A stretch of DNA of 64,000 bases, taken from contig CM059432.1 in assembly GCA_030390025.1 (NCBI GenBank), positions 72,356,001 through 72,420,000 of the forward strand, given 5' to 3'. The stretch comes from Squalus acanthias (lineage: Eukaryota). The notes beneath the pieces are model-generated. The model worked only from the letters and a program-made list of their open reading frames with translations, was not told where the DNA came from and ran no database searches. The position numbers and the translations under genes are program-made. This document shows, piece after piece, positions 61,428-64,000 of this stretch (position 1 is the first letter of the stretch; every line of letters begins with the position of its first letter).

Positions 61428-62235
61428 TTAAAAAATGGACACCAAGCCAAAAGAGATATTAGAATGGGTGATGAAAAGCTGGATCAAACATGTGGGTTTT
61501 AAGGAGGGTCTAAAAGGAGAAGAAGGAGATGGAGTGGCAGAGGGTTTAGGGACTGAATTCCAGAGTGCGGGGCCTAAATGGCTGAAGGCATGACCGCCAA
61601 TGGTGTGGTCAATGCAGGGGGGAATGCACAAGATGCCAGAATTAGAGGAATGGAGAGTTCAGGGGGGTTGTAGGCTGAAGGAGGTTACAGAGATAGGCAA
61701 TGGCAAGGCCATGAATGGATTCAAACACAAGGATGATAATTTTAAATTCAAAGCATTAGTGGTCTGAGGAGCTAAGCTAGGTTAGCGAGGGCAGGATTTA
61801 TGGGCAAGCAGGATTTTGTGCAAGATGGGATACAGGTAGTAGAGTTTTTGATGGGCTAAAGTTTACAGTGGATGGAAGATGAGAGCCCAGCCAAGAGAGC
61901 ATTAGAACAGTTCAGTCTGAAGGTGACATGAATGAGGGTTTGAGCAGAACATGAGCTGAGATAGGGGTAGAGGCGGGTGATGTTATGGAGGTGGAAGTAG
62001 GTGGTCTTTTTGATGTGGAGGGTATCAGCTCAGCTCATGATCAAATAGAATGTCACGGTTGCAAACAGTCTGTTTCAGCCTGAGTAAGTGACCGGGAGGG
62101 AGACGGGATTGGTGGCAAGGATATGGAGTTTGTGACGGGAGCAGAAGACAATGGCTTCAGTCTTCCCAATGTTTCGCTGGAGGAAATTGCGGCTCATCCA
62201 AGACAGGCTAACAACACAGAGGTAGTGGAGTGATC
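61428..62235 (-). mobile_element. L2 LINE ORF2 3' fragment
   Basis: WMSRNFLQRNIGKTEAIVF and IGGHAFSHLGPALWNS. Confidence 0.8.
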
Positions 62236-64000
62236 GAGAGGGCTGCTGGAGACTCCACACACCAAGTCCATGTCCTTGGGTGGATGTCAGGAGAAACTGT
62301 CTTAGGAAACAGTTCCCCAATGAGAGATCTAGTTGATACTCAACATTGACTGTTCTCATACATGCACTGCTACAAAAAGCCATCGGTAAAGACTTGGGAA
62401 CAAGTCAACAGCCCATCGCCTCCAATAGAAAATAGTACATAGTGTGTAGAAGGGGTAAGGGGAAAAAGTTAATACAATATATATATATTTTTTAAGTCTA
62501 TTAGGCATGGTTAAATTCTTGTCACATGTATGGCTCTAGCGACTAAACAAAGATAATCAGAAGCAATCAGAGAGCAGATTCTGAGGCTTGATCACTATAG
62601 GAACCATCAACACTGACAACTACATGGAAACATTCAGCAAGGTTTATACTTTTTAAAATATTAATTAACCTCCTATTCACTTAACTTTTTTTTAACCAAT
62701 TAACAGCTGTAAACTAAAGCAAAAATAATCATAACACAGCACTGCATTACAGGATATATTTCATGAATGAGATTGGATCTCATAATTTGCTTTAATCTGC
62801 AGTGTGTGTTTGTGTGAGTTATGGGCCTTTCACACATGAATAAAAAATATTAACAAGCCTCAACTAAAGCAATATCCTACATGTACTGTAGCACCAAATG
62901 TGAGTCCAATACACAGTTCATTCTAGGTACCATCATAATAAAGGCAGCTGCCTAACTCAGACTGCTGCCACATCACAGGTTTCATTTTCGGAATGATGCA
63001 CAAAAATTGCCTGGATGATGAGATTTACATCTAATTTAAATCTGCCCGCTGAGACTAATGGACACCTAAGGAACAACGGCAATCATTGCAGCCATCATAA
63101 TACTAGCATCTGCACTACCATGACAACAGAAAAAGCTGGCCACATGCTAATTCTGCTGTCTTGCCATTTGAACAAAGGCACCAGACTCTGATGAAAGCAG
63201 CAAAACACTCAAAGACCCTGCCAGGAGTTTTTATGACAGTTTTCCTTCCAAGTCCTTATACTGGGGGGGAGGGTTTACATTACCAACTGTTAATCCAGAG
63301 CAGAACTCATGCTGGTAAAATTATGCAACAAAGGTTACTGACACACATTAATGCAAACCCTCTTGTAATTGCTGCTGGAATGATTGACTTTGGATTCCCT
63401 TATTATTGTAACCCTCTGGGGACTGGTTTCATGTCAGAATGAATGCACATTCAGGACTATATAAATACAGGCCGATAAAACTGGTAATTGTAAGAGCCAA
63501 TTTTAGCATTGGCCCAGGACCCCCGTGTAGGTCGGGCTGTGCATGGCTTGCACAGGGCTCCAGAAAAATAAACATGTGAGTGGACTTCACATTATGCAGT
63601 GTGGTAAAGCTCAGTTATGCTCAGGCAAATGAAGTGCTGGCACAGTGCTAGCACCAGCAGCACTGTATGTTGAGCATATTGTCGACCCCACTGAGTCATT
63701 CATTCATTGACTCTGAAGCATGCATTGAATTGCAAGTCCATACCAATACTGGAGGTGAATGATACATATGTTCCAACTGTCTGGGTTTCATGCTGACTGT
63801 CAGCGTTTTTGAAAGCGGATCAGTGTGTCCGTGTCTGCCGACAAAAGTTAGTGCAGCTGGGCCTCCCTGAGCCCCCACTCCCATTACTTCTGAGTCCAGT
63901 ATTTAACACACCGGACACATGGCACTGCCCCTTCACTGTACTCCCTGCACTAGTGGCCAGGATTGCCACCTACAGTTTACAGAAACAGCAATCCCAGCCA

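Overview
This is eukaryotic vertebrate genomic DNA, most likely from a shark or other cartilaginous fish (inferred from the repeat complement). I found no host protein-coding gene, rRNA, true tRNA or CRISPR array. The window is almost entirely nested transposable elements. These include several CR1 LINEs (one with a twin-priming-type 5' inversion), L2 fragments, an internally deleted RTE, tRNA-headed Deu-domain SINEs, and Penelope-like inverted elements with minimal hammerhead ribozyme cores. There are also three decayed two-gene PIF/Harbinger DNA transposons (DDE transposase plus a spliced Myb/SANT gene) and many Harbinger-type MITEs with 3-bp target-site duplications (TSDs). The most unusual item is at ~57.9-60.6 kb on the minus strand: a decayed class I viral fusion glycoprotein gene (basic cleavage site, fusion peptide, heptads, Cys-rich core, TM, tail) followed directly by a polypurine tract and a TG...CA LTR. 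That is the 3' end of an env-bearing endogenous retroelement whose Env layout looks F-protein-like rather than gamma-type. Coordinates were read by eye, and the ends of decayed elements are approximate. No database searches were run.
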